Positions 9,664 to 23,200 of a stretch of DNA of 62,301 nucleotides are shown piece after piece. The stretch is from Thraustochytrium aureum (Eukaryota), in the NCBI GenBank assembly GCA_012862495.1, contig BLSG01000377.1:278729-341029 (forward strand). The letters run 5' to 3'. Within the stretch, counting starts at the first letter, position 1. Every line of letters begins with the position of its first letter. The notes beneath the pieces are model-generated. The model did no database searches, had not been told where the DNA came from, and saw nothing but the letters and a program-made list of their open reading frames with translations. A program made the translations under genes and the position numbers.

Positions 9664-12600
9664 ATGGACCCAAGCGCTCTCCGCGACCTGGAGGGCCTCT
9701 GTATGACTCTGTACGGGGGTTCAGGGCAACACTCGCTCCTCGAGACGCTCGAGGCGCAACGGCAGCTGCTGAGGTTGCAGTCCTCAGCACAGTACTTGCC
9801 GCAGCTGCAGTATGCGCTCGAGCACTCCAAGTCGCCGCAGACGCTGTTGTTTTCTGCCAAGGGCCTCGAGCTCGTGCTGACCAAAGACTGGCGCAACGTG
9901 TCCTCGCCACAGCGAGTCCAACTGCAGCAGTTTCTTGTGCGCTTGCTGACCACGTACGGCGACCCCTCCAACTTTGTGACCAAGGCCATCATTCACACGC
10001 TTTGCAAGCTGACCAAGCTCGGGTGGATCTCTGATCCGCAGGTCCGCAGCCTGATTGATGAGGTGGTGCAGTTTCTCCAGGCCAGCGTGCAGCACGCTGT
10101 GCTGGGCCTCCGCATACTTGCAGAGCTGATCGCCGAATTCGAGCTCGGGCGCACCGAGCTCTCCTCCGGTCGACTCGACCAAGAGGGCCGCATGGCCGCG
10201 CAAGCGTTTCGGGAACAGGAAGGGCTGTCGCGGGCGTTTCTGCTGTCGCTTGAGACCGTCAATCGCGCCTTCAACTCGGCAAACCCAGCGCAGGACCGCC
10301 CGGTTCTCAAGGAGGCGCTGTCCACGCTACAGACGTGCTTGGCGTACGACTTTGTTGGGACTGGCTACGGCGACGGCGATGATGTTGTTGCTTGTTTGTA
10401 CATCCCTGTGGAGTGGACCAAGCACATCGCCACCGCGCATGCGCTGCGGATGCTCTTCCAGATCTACAAGGCGCAGTGGCAAGTGTCGAACGAGAGCGAG
10501 ATCGACGCGTCGGAGGACGGGCCCGCATGCCTTGCACTGCAGTGCATCGCGCTGGTGAGCTCGACGCGGCGCTCGGTATTTGATGACAAGAGCCGGCAAG
10601 AGTTTCTCGTTGCGCTGCTGGAAGGCTCTGCCACGCTGATGCAGGAAAAGACGGGTCTAAGCCACAGCGAGGCCTGCCTCCACCATCTCTGCCGCGTGCT
10701 GTCTCGTATCAAGAGCCACTTTCAGCTCGTCGAGCTCGCCAAACCGCCCCAGTACCACGTCTGGCTGCAGACGCTGGCGACCTTTACAGAGGAGATCCTC
10801 GCTGCGTGGAGGGCTGTTTCCACCCGTTCGGTCCATTACCTGATTAGGCTGTGGGGCGCTCTCGTGCTGCCCACCCCGTACCTTCGCATGCGGGACGGCC
10901 TGTCCCGCTCGCACGACGGCCCCGGCGGCGGCGGCGGGAGCGGCGGCCAGGACCTGCAGGACCAGCCAAGCTATCTCCGCGGTTTGGACACTTATGTGCC
11001 CAGAGTGGTGCAAGCCTTCATTTCTACGCGAGCCGACATGTGCAGCGCTGCGGCGCTGGAGGAACTCACGGGCGGATCGGACACGTCAGTGCTCGGCACG
11101 AGCCACCAGGGCTATGGTAGCTTCGGCAAGGGCAGCGGCGGTATCGAAGACAACCCGCTGGACGACGAGGGCATGCTCTTAGAGCAGCTCACCCCCCTCT
11201 CTATGCTTGCGCGGTACCGCTACAGCATTTCGGCGAGCGCGGCGGCCGAGCTATACGTCAAGGCGATGGCGGATCGTGCCAATGCAATCCACCTGCTCAC
11301 GTCGCAGCAGGCCGAGGAAGGAAAGATCCGCCTCGCAGACGCGCAGGCCCGGCTGGCGTTTCTCACCTACTTGATCGGCGCGATTGTGGGCGGCCATGTC
11401 ACGCGCGTCTCGGCGCGCGCGATCGACCGCCTTGAGGAGCTCAACGCCGAGCTTGCCGCGCTGGTCTTTAAGATGGTCACGGACTCGCAGCGCACGGAAG
11501 AGCTGATCCAGAGCCACGGCGAGTCGCCAGCAGTTCTCATTTTCGGGTTTGGCAGCAACGCCGGCTGGCGCCTCGAGCTCTCCACGCTCTACTTTTTCCG
11601 CTGCTTTCAAACCCTTTACATCGAGAGCCGCGCCCGCGAAGACGAGTTTGAGAAGCGCGGCCGCGCTCGCCAAGTTGAACTCGTTGAGGACGCCACCGGC
11701 TTCATGAGCTTTTCCTTCCTTCGGCGCGGCGCGATATCAGGCGTTGGTCCTGATGGCCGCCCCGGCCCCTCTGCCTCGAGCGGCGCCTCGCTCTGCCGAG
11801 CTCGTTCATGGTTGGAGGTGCGGCCCTGCCGATGTTCCACCTTCGAGCCCTGCCGTCGGCGTCCCCGTCGCTCGACTTTCTCANNNNNNNNNNNNNNNNN
11901 NNNNNNNNNNNNNNNNNNNNNNNNNNNNNNNNNNNNNNNNNNNNNNNNNNNNNNNNNNNNNNNNNNNNNNNNNNNNNNNNNNNNNNNNNNNNNNNNNNNN
12001 NNNNNNNNNNNNNNNNNNNNNNNNNNNNNNNNNNNNNNNNNNNNNNNNNNNNNNNNNNNNNNNNNNNNNNNNNNNNNNNNNNNNNNNNNNNNNNNNNNNN
12101 NNNNNNNNNNNNNNNNNNNNNNNNNNNNNNNNNNNNNNNNNNNNNNNNNNNNNNNNNNNNNNNNNNNNNNNNNNNNNNNNNNNNNNNNNNNNNNNNNNNN
12201 NNNNNNNNNNNNNNNNNNNNNNNNNNNNNNNNNNNNNNNNNNNNNNNNNNNNNNNNNNNNNNNNNNNNNNNNNNNNNNNNNNNNNNNNNNNNNNNNNNNN
12301 NNNNNNNNNNNNNNNNNNNNNNNNNNNNNNNNNNNNNNNNNNNNNNNNNNNNNNTCGTTTTTGCTGGCGACGCTCTCCAAACTGCTCTACACGCAGATTC
12401 GGTACCCCTCGTCCTCAGGTGGTAGTGACGTGCCTGAGGACATGTTTGATGTCAACGCCGGGGTGCTGACTGCGCAGGACAAGATGGACGAGCGCTTCAT
12501 TGCATTCATGAAGCCCATGACCGAAGTTGCTGACGGCCTCCTCAACATGGCGAGCTCCAACACGATGGATCTGCGGCGCCGCGACCTGAAGGGCCCCATC

Positions 12601-14087
12601 ATCGGACTGTTCCGCGATCTGCGCGGCGTGATCTCGTCGGCGACGGCTGCGCGCGAGTACGAGCTGATCTTTTCCTGGTTTTTCCCGAATCGCGTCAAGC
12701 TGCTCGTTGTTGTCGCATCGGTGTGGAACGACGACTTTGACGTGATGGTCCCCCTGCTCAAGCTCCTGTCTGAGCTGGTGCACAACCGTGGGTCCCGCAT
12801 TGTGTTTCCGCAGCTGAGCGCCGGGGGTCTCATCCTCTTCCGCGAGGCGAGCAACGTGCTCGTGGCGTATTGCAAGCCGCAGCTCCTCGCCTTGGAGCGG
12901 GCCAAGGAGGCGCAGCGGAGCCGCCACGAGCAGCGCGAGATCATCAAGCAAAAGCTTGGCAACCTGAATAACAACGTGGCGCAGTCTCTGCAGCAGGCCC
13001 TGGGCACAGACGTGAACGGGATCTCCAAGGAGGCGGGCGGCGGCGGCACGAGCGATCCGATGTCCATGCAGGCCTTGCAAGAGGCCGTCCAGGCCATGGG
13101 CGAGGAGTTTTTCATGAGCAACACGGACAAGGTCAGCAAAGAGAAAGAGAAGATGTCAGGGCTGGCCGTCGAACTGGGCCCCAACGCGGTGGGCCCCGGG
13201 ATCACGGTGGACCAAGAGTCAAACCAGCAAAGTGCTCGCGCGTGTGCCTCACGGCGCTGAGCAGGATGTTCAGCGGCCGCTACGCGCTGCTCGGCACGTT
13301 TCAGCTTTTCGGCGACACGTGCTTGCTCGATGCTCGACGCGTCGTTCTGGAACTCGCGCTCTCCGGGTCGCCAAAGCACGTCATGAGCTTCCCCAAGATG
13401 GCGCGCGCGCTTGTGCAGCTCTTGGGCCTCCTGTCCGAGCAATTCATTCTGTCCCTCATAGACCTGTCGTCGCCCCTCTTCGCCCGGGTGATCGCCTGCC
13501 TTGGAGAGGCCCTCGCTTCTTCACAGACCACGCTCAGCACCCCTGCGGCGCGCACGATTGAGGCCATCGCCGTATTTAGGTGCAAGGCGGCTGCGGCTGT
13601 GCACAACCTGAGTGATGCAAGCGCCAACTCGGTCGACGCCGACCCCCTTCAGCGCATCCGCGCCGTGCTCAACCCGGAGCACCGCTCTCGCGGGGATGTG
13701 ACGAGTCTCGAGGACTACCGCCAAGCAGCGCAGCTCTTTGCGGTCCACGAGCAAGCGCACCCGCAGCTCTTCGGTAGCCTGCTTGGGCTCATCATGCACA
13801 CCATGTTTTCCTCGCCGAGCATGGACAGCCCCAACCAGTGGTCGATGGCCAAGCCCATCATGCCGCTCATATTTTGCGCCCCGCAGGAGTTTGAGCGCCA
13901 ACGCGCCGAGTTTCTCAACGCGCAGTCCTCTGCCAGAGAGCCGCGCATTCGCGAGGCGTACGACCAGCTATTCGCCAAGCTTGCCCCGGCGCTCAACAAC
14001 CCGGCCGCGTTCAACGTGCTGCTGCGGTCGAACGAGACGTTCAGCAAGCAGCTGTGCTCGTTCTGCCGCGAGCTACGGCGCGAGTGA
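9664..14087 (+). CDS. XPO7: Exportin-7/RanBP16-like karyopherin (internal gap; frameshift near 13226 and probably near 11790)
   Basis: Motifs LCKLTKLGW, HHLCRVLSRIKSHFQLVEL, GLFRDLRG, PLLKLLSELVHNRGSRIVF, GGLILFREAS; after the shift KCSRVCLTALSRMFSGRYALLGTFQLFGD and NQWSMAKPIMPLI. Confidence 0.88.
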
Positions 14088-14287
14088 GGGAGGGGCTGCA
14101 GCGGCGGAATGGCCCCGCAGGCCGCCTGGATGACCTGGGCGGGCGGGCACGGCGTGCGTGTGGCTTGCAGCCGCTCGTTGCCTTTCGATTTTACAAGCGA
14201 AAAAAACCAAAAACGAACACCATTCGCATAGCGTCCTGCCCCGTAGGGTTCATTCTTCCACGACTTTGCGGGCGCGCCAGTCGAGCA

Positions 14288-15571
14288 TCACAGGAGAGCC
14301 AAGTAGGAGTTGGATGCTTCGCGGTGGAGGCGCCGAAAGTCCTCCGTGATGGTTGCCATGAGTCCAAGGCCGAACAAGGTGATCGCGCCCCAGACGAGGA
14401 GAACGTCGTCTGCCGAGAGCCACGGAAACACTAGGTGCGGGGTGGTGAGAAGCGTGATGAGAACACCCGCGATGTTTTGGCTGTTCTGAATGAGTCCGTT
14501 CACAGCGCCTTCCACGTTGCAGTCTTCCTGGAAAGCGACCTCCACTCCCGTCTCCACGGCAAGTGGAAACAGTGGAATGCCCAGAAAGCCCATGACGGCC
14601 ATTCCTATGAGCACCGGGAAGCCGAACCACCACTCGGCGTCCCACGCAATAAACGTGAGGACAAGCACAGGGACCAGTGCGCCAGCACAGCAGCGAATTG
14701 CGAAGCGGTAGTTTCGCGTTCGATCCACGACGGAGGAAACAAGGATGGCCCCAAGCGAACCACATCCGAAGAAGAGCGCCCCGACCAAGCCGCCGAGGTT
14801 GCGGTCAAGGAGCGGCGCGGGCCCGACCTGGTCGACGAGGGACAGCAGAGCGTTGATCACGCCAGTGACAAGCGAAAAGCCGAGCAGAAGCCGAGCAAAG
14901 TTTGAGTTTTGCGCAAGGGCTCGGCAGAGGCGGCAGAATTGAGCAACCGAGGGCCGCGCCCGAGTCGGCGAGGCGCCTGGGTGCTCATCGTCGTCGGGCG
15001 GGGCGAGGGGAGGAGGACCCAGACCGAAGACCGCGCGCCATATGCAGAGCAAAATGCACCCAGCAGCTGGCGCAGACATGGCATATAGCTGCACAAGTAG
15101 CCAGCGGTCCAGGTTGTGACGAAACGCTGGCGAGATTCCGAGTCCGAGGCCCATGCCGAGGAGCTGCGCGAGCGTCCCAAACGAAGTGACAGTCGCGCGT
15201 TGGTTGGGCGGGAAAAGCTCCCGGCCAATCGCGGCTGGGCTCGAGTTCACAAATGGCGACGCGAGCGCCATGATTGACTGACCGGCGACTGCAAAGGCAA
15301 AGTCTGCCGAAGCGGCGCGCAAACCCGCACCAAGCGTGCCGAGCGCAGCGCCGCAGCACAGCGGAACGAGCACTGGCGCTGCATCCACGGCAAACATCGC
15401 CGGCACGTACCCGACGCAGCTCAGCGCAAAGCTGGCCACCGTGAGCGCGTTGATGAGGTTGACGTGTACGTGATAGTACTCGGCGGCGCCGAGCGCGACG
15501 CTGGCAAACCCGAAGCCGGACACGTTGACGGCGACGGACGTGCTGCAGAACAGGGCCAAGAAGGCCCAGCT
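14288..15571 (-). CDS. MFS transporter, FLVCR/SLC49-like (5'-partial at gap)
   Basis: About 12 hydrophobic helices; GQSIMALASPF, FPPNQRATVTS, VVDRTRNYR and PLAVETGVEVAF motifs typical of the FLVCR/DIRC2 family. Confidence 0.8.
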   Translation of the reverse strand, partial: SWAFLALFCSTSVAVNVSGFGFASVALGAAEYYHVHVNLINALTVASFALSCVGYVPAMFAVDAAPVLVPLCCGAALGTLGAGLRAASADFAFAVAGQSIMALASPFVNSSPAAIGRELFPPNQRATVTSFGTLAQLLGMGLGLGISPAFRHNLDRWLLVQLYAMSAPAAGCILLCIWRAVFGLGPPPLAPPDDDEHPGASPTRARPSVAQFCRLCRALAQNSNFARLLLGFSLVTGVINALLSLVDQVGPAPLLDRNLGGLVGALFFGCGSLGAILVSSVVDRTRNYRFAIRCCAGALVPVLVLTFIAWDAEWWFGFPVLIGMAVMGFLGIPLFPLAVETGVEVAFQEDCNVEGAVNGLIQNSQNIAGVLITLLTTPHLVFPWLSADDVLLVWGAITLFGLGLMATITEDFRRLHREASNSYLALL

Positions 15572-16623
15572 NNNNNNNNNNNNNNNNNNNNNNNNNNNNN
15601 NNNNNNNNNNNNNNNNNNNNNNNNNNNNNNNNNNNNNNNNNNNNNNNNNNNNNNNNNNNNNNNNNNNNNNNNNNNNNNNNNNNNNNNNNNNNNNNNNNNN
15701 NNNNNNNNNNNNNNNNNNNNNNNNNNNNNNNNNNNNNNNNNNNNNNNNNNNNNNNNNNNNNNNNNNNNNNNNNNNNNNNNNNNNNNNNNNNNNNNNNNNN
15801 NNNNNNNNNNNNNNNNNNNNNNNNNNNNNNNNNNNNNNNNNNNNNNNNNNNNNNNNNNNNNNNNNNNNNNNNNNNNNNNNNNNNNNNNNNNNNNNNNNNN
15901 NNNNNNNNNNNNNNNNNNNNNNNNNNNNNNNNNNNNNNNNNNNNNNNNNNNNNNNNNNNNNNNNNNNNNNNNNNNNNNNNNNNNNNNNNNNNNNNNNNNN
16001 NNNNNNNNNNNNNNNNNNNNNNNNNNNNNNNNNNNNNNNNNNNNNNNNNNNNNNNNNNNNNNNNNNNNNNNNNNNNNNNNNNNNNNNNNNNNNNNNNNNN
16101 NNNNNNNNNNNNNNNNNNNNNNNNNNNNNNNNNNNNNNNNNNNNNNNNNNNNNNNNNNNNNNNNNNNNNNNNNNNNNNNNNNNNNNNNNNNNNNNNNNNN
16201 NNNNNNNNNNNNNNNNNNNNNNNNNNNNNNNNNNNNNNNNNNNNNNNNNNNNNNNNNNNNNNNNNNNNNNNNNNNNNNNNNNNNNNNNNNNNNNNNNNNN
16301 NNNNNNNNNNNNNNNNNNNNNNNNNNNNNNNNNNNNNNNNNNNNNNNNNNNNNNNNNNNNNNNNNNNNNNNNNNNNNNNNNNNNNNNNNNNNNNNNNNNN
16401 NNNNNNNNNNNNNNNNNNNNNNNNNNNNNNNNNNNNNNNNNNNNNNNNNNNNNNNNNNNNNNNNNNNNNNNNNNNNNNNNNNNNNNNNNNNNNNNNNNNN
16501 NNNNNNNNNNNNNNNNNNNNNNNNNNNNNNNNNNNNNNAAGCGCGCGACTTGTAGTAGCAGCTTCTCTAGCTAGAGAGCTCCAGTTTGAGAGGGCGGTTG
16601 AACGACGACGTGGCGGTCGGTCA

Positions 16624-18208
16624 CTAGGCCACGGATGAGGACAACGCTGCGACGTGCGACTTGATGAGTTTGAGCGCCTGCTCCAGCGCGACGCGGTCCT
16701 TGGCCTGCGCGAGCCAGTCGCTAGCAGTGTCCTTCACGTTGCCCTTGAGCCCGTCCATCTCGCGCACGGCGCCGTCGAGGTCGTGCTTCTCAAGGAGGAG
16801 GTACCGGGCGCGGGACAGGCGCGCCTGTTGGTCCTCGCCCGAGCCTGCCTCCGAGCTTGACCCGCCCCTGATTGTCAGATTGGCAACCACGTGGGCGACG
16901 GCGTGCTCAATCACGCCGCCGTCTTCGGGGACCAGCGCAACGCGGTAGCAGTTGTCGTAAACAGTCGAAAAGCGCTGCACGAGCTCCATCTCGGAGGCCA
17001 CGCCAGACGCGCGCACGCGGGACGACACAGCGCCTAGGGCAGCCTGCACGACCTCGTCACCAGCGGAAGCCCGCTCGAGCTTGGCGATGGGGCCGCTGAT
17101 GCTGTTCGGGGACTTGAACAGTGCGTGCTGCAGGTCCAGAGCGGCGACGGACATGTCACGGAGCTGAGACGAAACCGCCTCGTTCTTGGAGCGCGACGCA
17201 AGCGCCTGCTGGAGGTCGCGGACCTTGTCCTTGAGCTGGTTGAGCGCCTGAAGGCGGGCCTGGAGGTCTTCGGACGCTTTGGCCTCAAGCGAGGCCTTTG
17301 CTGCTGCGAAGCGCTGCTCAAACTCCTTGCCGATCTCGGCGCGCTGGCGGTCGAGCGACTCTTGCGCAGAGCGCTGCCACTGGAGCTCCTTGTTGGCAAG
17401 GACATGGGTGAAGTGGTCCTCGGCTTGCCTCTGGACCTGCTCGCTCGCGGACACGCTCGCTTGCGCGACCTCGTACCGCACGAGTTCTTCGTAGCGCTCT
17501 TGCTGCTCGCGGAGGATGTCGTCGTACTTTGCGACAAGGTCCTCGGTGTGGCGCTTGGTGAGCTCGTGCATGCGCAGGGCTTCCCAGCGATTCCTATCCT
17601 TGAGCTCGAGCACGAGCTGGACAAGCCGCTTGCGCAAGCCTTCCTCGTCGAGGTCGCGCAGGTCGTGCGAGAGGACCACCTCGAGGTCGGCGCGGAGCTC
17701 CTTTTCGATATCTTGGATCTTGCGAGCTGTGTCCTGGTCGGCCCGCGACTTGATGCCCCGCGCCTTTGCGCGGATCGCGTCCAGCTGCCCGCGTGCGGGC
17801 GGTTCGACTGGGGCGTCGTGCGAGTGGGCGCGGCTGGTCTCGTTGGCTTCCGGCGCCTCTTCGGCTTGGTGCTGCTCACCATCAGGCGACGAGGTGGCGT
17901 CGTGCGCGCCGCTCTCGGAGCTGCTGGCGGCACTGTCGTCCGCGACAACGGCCTCATTCTCCGCGGCATCGCTGGCCGGTTTCTGGGCGGCGGCAAGGGT
18001 CTTCTGCATCGCCTCTACCTCTGCTTTGCTGTACCGCTGGGTGTGGGACCCGGCGAGGTCCCAACGGGCGGCCAGGCTGTCCAGGTCTGCCTTCAGCTTG
18101 GCGAGGTCCATGCCGTCGAGTTGCGGGGCAGGCGTTGCTGTCCCGACAAGGTTGACGACAGCGTCGCACGCGGCTGGGAACTTTTCCTTGAAAGTGGCGC
18201 GAAAGGCG
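16624..18208 (-). CDS. MIC60: MICOS subunit Mic60/mitofilin (5'-partial at gap)
   Basis: Long coiled coil followed by a mitofilin-type C-terminus GVASEMELVQRF...LSRARYLL...DLDGAVREMDGLKG...ASDWLAQAKDRVALEQA. Confidence 0.85.
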
Positions 18209-19145
18209 NNNNNNNNNNNNNNNNNNNNNNNNNNNNNNNNNNNNNNNNNNNNNNNNNNNNNNNNNNNNNNNNNNNNNNNNNNNNNNNNNNNNNNNNNNNN
18301 NNNNNNNNNNNNNNNNNNNNNNNNNNNNNNNNNNNNNNNNNNNNNNNNNNNNNNNNNNNNNNNNNNNNNNNNNNNNNNNNNNNNNNNNNNNNNNNNNNNN
18401 NNNNNNNNNNNNNNNNNNNNNNNNNNNNNNNNNNNNNNNNNNNNNNNNNNNNNNNNNNNNNNNNNNNNNNNNNNNNNNNNNNNNNNNNNNNNNNNNNNNN
18501 NNNNNNNNNNNNNNNNNNNNNNNNNNNNNNNNNNNNNNNNNNNNNNNNNNNNNNNNNNNNNNNNNNNNNNNNNNNNNNNNNNNNNNNNNNNNNNNNNNNN
18601 NNNNNNNNNNNNNNNNNNNNNNNNNNNNNNNNNNNNNNNNNNNNNNNNNNNNNNNNNNNNNNNNNNNNNNNNNNNNNNNNNNNNNNNNNNNNNNNNNNNN
18701 NNNNNNNNNNNNNNNNNNNNNNNNNNNNNNNNNNNNNNNNNNNNNNNNNNNNNNNNNNNNNNNNNNNNNNNNNNNNNNNNNNNNNNNNNNNNNNNNNNNN
18801 NNNNNNNNNNNNNNNNNNNNNNNNNNNNNNNNNNNNNNNNNNNNNNNNNNNNNNNNNNNNNNNNNNNNNNNNNNNNNNNNNNNNNNNNNNNNNNNNNNNN
18901 NNNNNNNNNNNNNNNNNNNNNNNNNNNNNNNNNNNNNNNNNNNNNNNNNNNNNNNNNNNNNNNNNNNNNNNNNNNNNNNNNNNNNNNNNNNNNNNNNNNN
19001 NNNNNNNNNNNNNNNNNNNNNNNNNNNNNNNNNNNNNNNNNNNNNNNNNNNNNNNNNNNNNNNNNNNNNNNNNNNNNNNNNNNNNNNNNNNNNNNNNNNN
19101 NNNNNNNNNNNNNNNNNNNNNNNNNNNNNNNNNNNNNNNNNNNGT

Positions 19146-20299
19146 CTATGAATCGTTGGACTGGTTTTGACGCTGGAGCATCTGGAGCAGCGCCAACGTG
19201 TCAAGAGCGGCAGAGGACGCTGATGGCAGCGTTCGCTGGTTTTCGACGAGCGGCAGCTCGGGTGCCACAGGCCGCGTTCGTTCGTCCAAGGCCTTCCCCG
19301 AAGCTTGACAACAGAGAGCGAGGCGGAAATCGCCTCGGCCTCCTCGTCGAAAAGACTAACGAGCTGGCGGGTCCCAGCGATATCGACAGTGACTGCCCAC
19401 TTGCCGGTTGCTGACAGGAAGTGGACGTTCTGCTTGGCCTGGTGGAGGAGAAGCGTGTCGGCGAGCTGTTGTTTGTACAGGCTAAGCAGCCCAGGAACGA
19501 GGCCGCCGCCGACGGCTGGGCCGGTTTGCGTGGCGGGATAACTCCCAAACCCCGCCGGCGCGGAGCTGACAGAAGCACCAGACGGCGAAGGAATCGGGGA
19601 GAAGCTGGACACCCCTCCCAACCCCGAAGTGGAGCGTGGCGAGTAGAGGATGCCAGCCATACTAGCCAGCGTCGAAGCGCTGAAAGGGAGACCCGCCCCT
19701 GTGGAAGCGTTTGCGCCAGCACTGCTGGTCGCCTCGGCAGAGCTCGGCACAAGCTCCTCGGGGAAGTTGAGGCGGGCTGAGGGCCCGTTGAGCTGTCTTG
19801 CACGAGCGTCGTACGCCCTGGCCGCCTTTTCTTCGCTCTCAAAGTAGCCGAGGTGCTCACGCTTGCCGTTGACCTCGATGCGGGCTCGCCAGGCCTTGCG
19901 CTTCTTGAGCCAGCACACGCCGCGGTACCGGGAGCTGGACGACTTTCCGCGGAGCAGCAGCGGTCTCAACTTGCCGCCTGCGGTCATCGCGCTCGAGCCA
20001 ATAGGAGTGGTAGCGCCAGGGGACTCGGGCTCGCTGTCGTCATCGGCGTCGGCCGCGGGGCTCGGGTCGGCGACCCGGAACCGCTTCTTGAGCGGCGTGG
20101 GCGAGATGTTGTTGCCGTGCAGCAACCCCTCCAGAGTTGCAAACCCTGTGCCGCTTCCCTCGCTGGGCGTCACCGGTGCGGGCCGCTTGAGCAGGAGTTT
20201 GGAGAGCGACTCGTTGCCTTGCGCTTCAAGCGCGTTGGGGCTCGGGGCTCGTTCTTTGGTTGGCAACACGCAGGTCGGCCAGCTTGCCATCAGAGACAT
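19146..20299 (-). CDS. AP2/ERF-domain transcription factor (frameshift in a G-run near 19298; repaired frame ends ...QNQSNDS-TAG at 19146)
   Basis: SSRYRGVCWLKKRKAWRARIEVNGKREHLGYFESEEKAARAYDARARQLNGPSARLNFP is a canonical AP2 domain; a second degenerate AP2-like segment follows. Confidence 0.88.
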
Positions 20300-23200
20300 G
20301 CTCGAGAGCTCTCGTGCGACTCGATTTGGTCCGGGGTCTGCTCGATGCCCGACTCACCGGCGTTTGGGTTCTGCTTGGCGCTCGTGCAATCTGGCGGGAT
20401 CTGCTTTCCTGAACGCACAAGAGCGCGATTCAGGCTATCGCACAAGCCCTGTGGAGCTCGCCGTGGTCCTTCGTGCCAGCTGCGCTACCTCACGTGCTGC
20501 GCGGGAGGAGGCAGGAGCGAGCAGAGCAAGCCATGTGAGTGCGTGAGGGCCCTGCTGCGGCGCGCCAGGAGGAGGGAAGTACTACCGCTTCCTTCGAGCG
20601 CCTGCGAGCGCCGAGAGAGGGCAGGGACAGCAGCGCGCTGGCAGGAGGTNNNNNNNNNNNNNNNNNNNNNNNNNNNNNNNNNNNNNNNNNNNNNNNNNNN
20701 NNNNNNNNNNNNNNNNNNNNNNNNNNNNNNNNNNNNNNNNNNNNNNNNNNNNNNNNNNNNNNNNNNNNNNNNNNNNNNNNNNNNNNNNNNNNNNNNNNNN
20801 NNNNNNNNNNNNNNNNNNNNNNNNNNNNNNNNNNNNNNNNNNNNNNNNNNNNNNNNNNNNNNNNNNNNNNNNNNNNNNNNNNNNNNNNNNNNNNNNNNNN
20901 NNNNNNNCCAAATACCTTCCTTCCTTCCTCCCGCCTTCCTTCCCTCCTGCCTGCTCAGGCTGTCCTTCCTGCCTCCACCAAGGAGCTCCACCGGCAGCGC
21001 CTGCCCTCCTTCCTTCCTTTCGTTTGGGGCGCCAGGGCAGCGGCCGGCTCGTGAGGAGGAGGGCCGCAGTGGGCGGGGACGGGGCCCTCCTTGGCTGCGC
21101 GGGGCCTCGGCGTGAGGGCCTCCGCCGCGATGTGAGGGGGGCTGCTGTGAGGCGGCGCCCTCACACATCGGCGCGCGCGGTGGCTAGAAGGCGTCCCGCG
21201 TCGCCGTCAAAGGAAGGCATGCGGGCGCTCGCGCATTTCACGCGTCAGTCAGTCCGCCGAGAGGAGGACGGGCAAAGCGCTGCAACCGCATCACGCCTGT
21301 GTGGACCGCATCGTACGGGTCAGAGTCAGTCCCTTCCTGCGAAACGGTCTGGTTTGCTCCCTCGCCAGCCAGCGCTGCCTGTGAGACAGCAGTTCAGAAA
21401 TGCGACGGTCAGGGAGCTCCCTCTTTCGCGGGCAAACGACGCACCCACACACTGGCGGGTCTGCTGGGCGCGTGGCATCCACCCACCACCCGAGCCCACA
21501 GAGCAGGGCAGCTCGCGCAAGGCGCAGAATGCAACGCATTGCACTGCAGATCGATCGAACCTACCACCGCGGAAAGCAAAGGCTGCAAAGCTGAAGCTTC
21601 CTCGACCCGCTGCAGGCCGTGCTGGCAAGGGGGCTGCTGGCGACAGCCAGCGATGATTGCTCGTCCCCAGCGATGATTGCTCTGCCGCGGCTGGGCCTGC
21701 CTTTTGTGGTCCTCCTGACTCGTCTGCCCTGATCGTTCGCATTGCCTGGCTCTGCAGTCGGCCGGACCCACGCGATCGCATTGTCAACAGCCACTGCGTG
21801 CGGCCGCCTTGTCATGGAGCCACCCACCGCAGGTGGACGGATGGATGGACTTGGACGGCCGTGTCGGGCGCAGCTGACCCATGCGACGCTTCTTCCTCGC
21901 TTTCTTCCTTTCAATCAATCGATCAAGAATCCTTTCTCTTCTGCTCTGGTGATGTCTCTCTCCCGTGACGGCGGCCTCTCGCTCGCCTGGCGGGCGTGAC
22001 GCGATCGTGTCCGAGTCGAGCGGCAGAGGGCGAGGGACGTTCAAGCAAGCCATTTCAGAGCGACGTGGCCAACTCGACGTTGGTGGCCGACGAGAAACGT
22101 CAACCCAAACCGAGCCAAACAACAGGACAAAAGCCCAGCTGGTGGGCAGCGGCGCTGCTCACTTGGTTGGTTTTACCAGGTTGACTCATGTCAGGTTGCC
22201 CTCTACCTCACCGAAAGTTGCCTTCCTGATCGCCTCCGAGTCGGCCGCTGACAAGCAATTCGAGTACTTCTCCACTCTGCTCTGAGCGAGAAGGTCTCCT
22301 CCTTGGGTGGTACGTGCTAGCACGAGTAGGCCTCGTAGTAGTACTTCTCCACCGGCCTTCTCTGGCGGACTCACGGAAAGGCACATGGCAGGGCGCGTGC
22401 GCGTCGCTGACCAACAGCGGGTGCGGCGGGCGCCGGTGACGCCACAGCCGGCAGAAGACGCGTTGCTAGCGTCATCGCTGCGCAGGCGGAGCGGACAGAG
22501 GGAGATGGCTGCAGCCACCATCCCCTGGCGGGCCCAGAAACCGCACGCCAAGCAAACCTGGGACACTCGTGTCCTGTGCAGCATCTGGCACGTGGACGCA
22601 GATGTGGCCCTACGGTTTGCGTTAGCGGCCGCGGCTAGGGCCTGGCNNNNNNNNNNNNNNNNNNNNNNNNNNNNNNNNNNNNNNNNNNNNNNNNNNNNNN
22701 NNNNNNNNNNNNNNNNNNNNNNNNNNNNNNNNNNNNNNNNNNNNNNNNNNNNNNNNNNNNNNNNNNNNNNNNNNNNNNNNNNNNNNNNNNNNNNNNNNNN
22801 NNNNNNNNNNNNNNNNNNNNNNNNNNNNNNNNNNNNNNNNNNNNNNNNNNNNNNNNNNNNNNNNNNNNNNNNNNNNNNNNNNCCTGCCTTTCACTTGTAC
22901 CGTCGCCGCACCGGTCAACCAGGACCTGGGCACCTGGGCCGATCTCGGCTGAGGGACAGCAAGGGAGGGGGCAGCTCGCTGACGAGGCGGCCGACCGACT
23001 GGCGACGTCGCCCTGGGGCCTCGGACGCAGCGAGGTTCATCCTCGACAGACTGAGCCCCTTCGCTCGCGCCATCAAGCAGGATTTGGGGCATGCTCGCGC
23101 TCAGCCCAGGCAGGATGCCGCTCGCGCAGCAGCCTCCCTCGCTCGAGAGACCGCAGCCGGCGGCGACCCCAGCTTTGGTGCAACCTCGAGACCGCCACGT